Below are positions 60,581-64,000 of a DNA stretch of 64,000 bases, piece by piece. Position 1 is the first letter of the stretch. Every line of letters begins with the position of its first letter. The stretch covers positions 129,458,001 to 129,522,000 of the forward strand of contig CM059432.1 in the NCBI GenBank assembly GCA_030390025.1. The letters run 5' to 3'. The stretch comes from Squalus acanthias. Lineage: Eukaryota. Both the position numbers and the translations under genes were made by a program. The notes below the pieces were generated by a model that saw only the letters and a list, made by a program, of their open reading frames with translations, was not told the origin of the DNA and did no database searches.

Positions 60581-62039
60581 AGTGATTTTTGGGTGGAGGT
60601 TACAGACTAAGAACTGCAGTCTCCCAGGTCACCAGAGCAAATGCAGAAGTTCTGTTGCATTAAGAGAAATACCAAAACAAATATACCCCACCTTTGTATA
60701 ATCCATTATGGCATGGAACAAATCTAAATCTTGAGGATCTGCACCTTCAATGAGAAAGCATGGAAAACATGCAGATAACCTTAGCCCCTTTCCTTAACAC
60801 GCTTGTGTACTAAAATTGTAGGATACAATTTTGGTGGGGAGCACAAAAAAGCTCCACGTAACAGTTCATAGATCAGCTCAGAGTGAGTGCTGCTGGTGCA
60901 GACAGCATGCAAGCTACTTTGCAGTGCCCTCACACAGGAAGGGAGGTAGACTGGGCACAGAGGTGGGATTTTGGATGCTCAGACACTTGTTAACGATTTC
61001 ATAAATTGTATGCTCTTCCAAGCCAAGGCAGCAAATAACCACAAAGAGAGGACCAGCTATACTGACCGTGGCTTTTTGGCCATGAATCTGTGGAGGATAT
61101 TGGCGAGGGCAAGTTTGTACATGTTGTGCCGCCATCCAGCAAGTATCGTTCATTTATTATTATCCTTCTTACACTGAGTCACTTATTAATCATCACGGCA
61201 AGGGCAGACTTTGCTCAGTGGGTGGATGAAACATAAAGGGGTGGAAGTTTGTCCGGGCCCTGAATCGGCGCTGCAGGGACAGTGCATGGCTTAACCGGGA
61301 CGCCTGAGGCCAGTCCTAAGTTGGGCCTTGAGCCTCATTAACACTTTGTGCGTGAGCTGCTGGCGTCTCACAACAGGGGTGGGGCCAATCGCTAGAACTG
61401 TGAAGTCTAAGTCACACTCCTGCTCCTCCTGGCTCCACTGGAAGTTTAAAAAAAAAAAAAAATTCTCTTAAAATAAGTAACCTTTAGTTGGCGGTCACAG
61501 CTTAGGCTGCAGTGGCCACTGAAGAATCCTGGGCAGGGAGGCCCGACGCCTGTCTCGCTCATTGCTGTCCAAATGCAGCGAGGGGACCTAAAATAAGCGT
61601 TAGGCCTCTCATTTACATATGTAAGGGAACAATGCCTGTTTAGGCGGCTGCTATTGACGCCTGAAAAGTGACCCGGCCCATTTTCGGATCAGACGTTTTT
61701 CAGGCGTCTTGAGAGCACAGGACTTCAGTCGCTGAAATTGGGCTTAATTGCGCACAATTACGCAACTCCAAAGTATTCCAAAGAAATTCTACAAGGGACT
61801 TTATTTAAAAGTAATTATTCCGTGTAAATTAGCCTTGTGCTTAGCTGAAGCGCAAGCATCATTGGGCCCAGAAAAACCACCTCACAAAAATTCAGCAAGC
61901 TATGAATTGGGCATGTGGGTTCGTGCACCAGAATGTACAGCTGCCAGCAGAGCCTCATACAATCACCCCTTCACTGTCTAGGCTGACATGTAATCAACAG
62001 CCACTTGGGTGAGATACTGGAGAGCTGGCACTGTCACAC

Positions 62040-62875
62040 GGGGGATGATTTTCCCAGCCCTGGGGAGGCGGGACTGCCGGGAAAATGGCAGAATCTGGGG
62101 GCGGGTACCCATCCCGCCCCCAACTTGCCTCCGTGCCATCTTCCCGGGAGGCGGGTACCCGACCCGCGCCGGGTCCCGTCTCCTCGAGGCGGGAAGGGGA
62201 TTAGTGCCAATTAACTTCCTGTTAACAGGTAGTTAACAGGCAGTTTTTTTGGCTAATCCCTATTTTGAGCCTTAAAGTGTGGGCTTCCCGACGGCTCCGA
62301 ACCTCGCCAGGGTCAGCGAGGCGAGCTGTGGGTCTGCGGGGGTCAGAGGGGCCGAAAAGTGCGTTGTGCAGGTGAATGATGAGTGCAAGTGTGGAGAGGT
62401 ATGTGTGTGAGGTGAGTGTAAAGTGTTTTAATAAGATTACTTACCTTTGCTTCTTCCTCCAGACTTCATCCCTTTAGGCTGCGGAGCTGCCTCATCTCAC
62501 CGGCAGAGAGAGCAGAATGGTCGCTGCATTCTTAAATGCAGCAACCTTCTGCTTTCTGCTCAGGAAAGCTTTCTAAGTGAGTCTTGAGTACAAGGACTCA
62601 CCAAAGAACAGAGATTGTCAGTGTTTGACTGCTTCTCAAAGCTGTCAAACGATGGCAATTCATCTGTCAAAAATTTTTGACAGATGTAACAGCATACGCT
62701 GACATTCTCTGTCACCGGCTTTCCCTTAATTGGCCGGCTAAGCCCACAGGGCGGGCTTAACAATGTCAATCAGAGGAAAATAGCGTGGGTTGGCCAGACG
62801 TCGATGGAGGCGGGACTAAAAGCCGACAAGCAGCAGTCCCGCCTCCATCACGTCCCCATTGATAAAATCACCCCC
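62040..62875. mobile_element. Harbinger-type MITE
   Basis: Ends gggggatgatttt / aaaatcaccccc; homologous to 15030-15874 and 46027-46785. Confidence 0.7.
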
Positions 62876-64000
62876 AAAGTATAGGGCTGATGCTCTGATT
62901 GCATAGAAAGCCGATAGCAGGCAAGGTCAGGCGTGCTATCCATTAATTTTAACCGACGGAAAATCGAGGGCCCCATTTCCCGATAAGCGTCGCCAGTGGA
63001 CAAGGCTCCCTGGCAGCAAGGCAAGTTCAGAAATGTCCCCCCTTTGAATCAGCGGTGTAGGTTTTCATCTTCCCTGCCTGGGCAGTAATCTGGCGGAGCA
63101 GATCACTTGGCCGTTACGGAACCCGCCTGATTGTTATTCCATTGAAATGAATGGAATGAAAATCAGATGAGTTCTCTAACAGGTGGGCAATCCACTCCGC
63201 CACTCAATCCCACTGTCTCACAACAGGAGAGGAGAAAAGAGAAGAAAATGAGAAAAAATATTTTCACTATATCAAACCATTCATTCCCCTTCTAAATGAG
63301 TGAAAAGGAAGTTTATGTAATGGAAATGTCTAGCTACTAGACTAGCTTTTTAGTTCTTATTCACATTTTACTTCAATTACTGCAGTTAAAAAATTTACGG
63401 GCCTCTTCCTTTTTTGACCTTCACGTCCCCTGCTGAGGTTGTATACCCTTAGCACACATATATAACCAATTTAGTGCGACAATGATCACCTCCAATTGTT
63501 TTAGTTGATGTTTCAAATCACAAGCAAAGACAGAACTTGGCCAGGAGGAGGGCGGAAGTGAAATACTCAGAAATATATTCACAGCAAAACATTTTTTTAC
63601 AATGTACTTTTTGAAGCCCCTGAGAAGATCCATGAAATCTGCATGTTCTTTCCACAGTTATGAATAAATTTGCAACCGTAAATTTGGATTGACTCTTGCA
63701 AGATCCACATGCGAGAGCATAGTTTCTTGCAACTGAAGATTGAAATTTGCTGCTTTCTCGCTTGGCTATGTTATGAATAAGAATTATATTTGTTGTTCAG
63801 ATTATATCTTCCTCACTTGGTTTTCATAGAGTTTGAGCATTCCTTATGACTAGTCTATTTCTGCACCTTTAACAATATACCCTTAGCATCTGTAAAATAC
63901 TTGTTAAATAAAAAAAGTATTGAAGGCATGATTTGCCCACATCCTGGATCATGTGAAGGCACTGCAGTGAGGAAATGTCATTCTGTTGAGGATGATGCAA

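Noticed and set aside
60914..63890. Further upstream minus-strand exons (ORFs 60914-61153 and 63421-63633)
   Set aside because: They look like coding sequence, but splice sites are weak or frames contain stops, and I could not link them reliably to the exon chain.

Overview
Repeat-dense eukaryotic DNA, most likely from a cartilaginous fish. This is inferred from the repeat complement: CR1 LINEs with ATTCTATG-type tails, DeuSINE/SacSINE1-like SINEs, many Harbinger MITEs and a Penelope fragment. The centre of the window (19.2-37.1 kb) holds two nested LTR elements. The inner one is a young, full-length endogenous retrovirus on the + strand (21257-30213) with 600/583-bp LTRs, a 5-bp TSD CTTGG, a tRNA-Ser PBS, decayed gag and pol, a small TM accessory ORF and an open gamma-type env. 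The outer one is an unusual pol-less element on the - strand (19298-37006) with ~1.4-kb LTRs. It encodes a Gag with late domains and a zinc knuckle, a readthrough ORF in the place of pol that carries a diverged copy of the Gag coiled coil, and a 783-aa (reconstituted) glycoprotein joining an Ig-like domain to an F-type class I fusion protein. The two elements share an identical 12-nt PPT, the same UGA-CUG gag stop context and similar env splice acceptors, which suggests a helper/satellite relationship. The outer element is flanked by an abnormal 128-bp target duplication. Elsewhere are a complete two-gene Harbinger transposon with deletion derivatives, a Penelope fragment with a hammerhead-like core, an Ingi/Vingi-like LINE, and four phase-compatible candidate exons of an unidentified minus-strand host gene whose last intron would contain the nested proviruses. 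All calls were made by eye; LINE and SINE boundaries are approximate.
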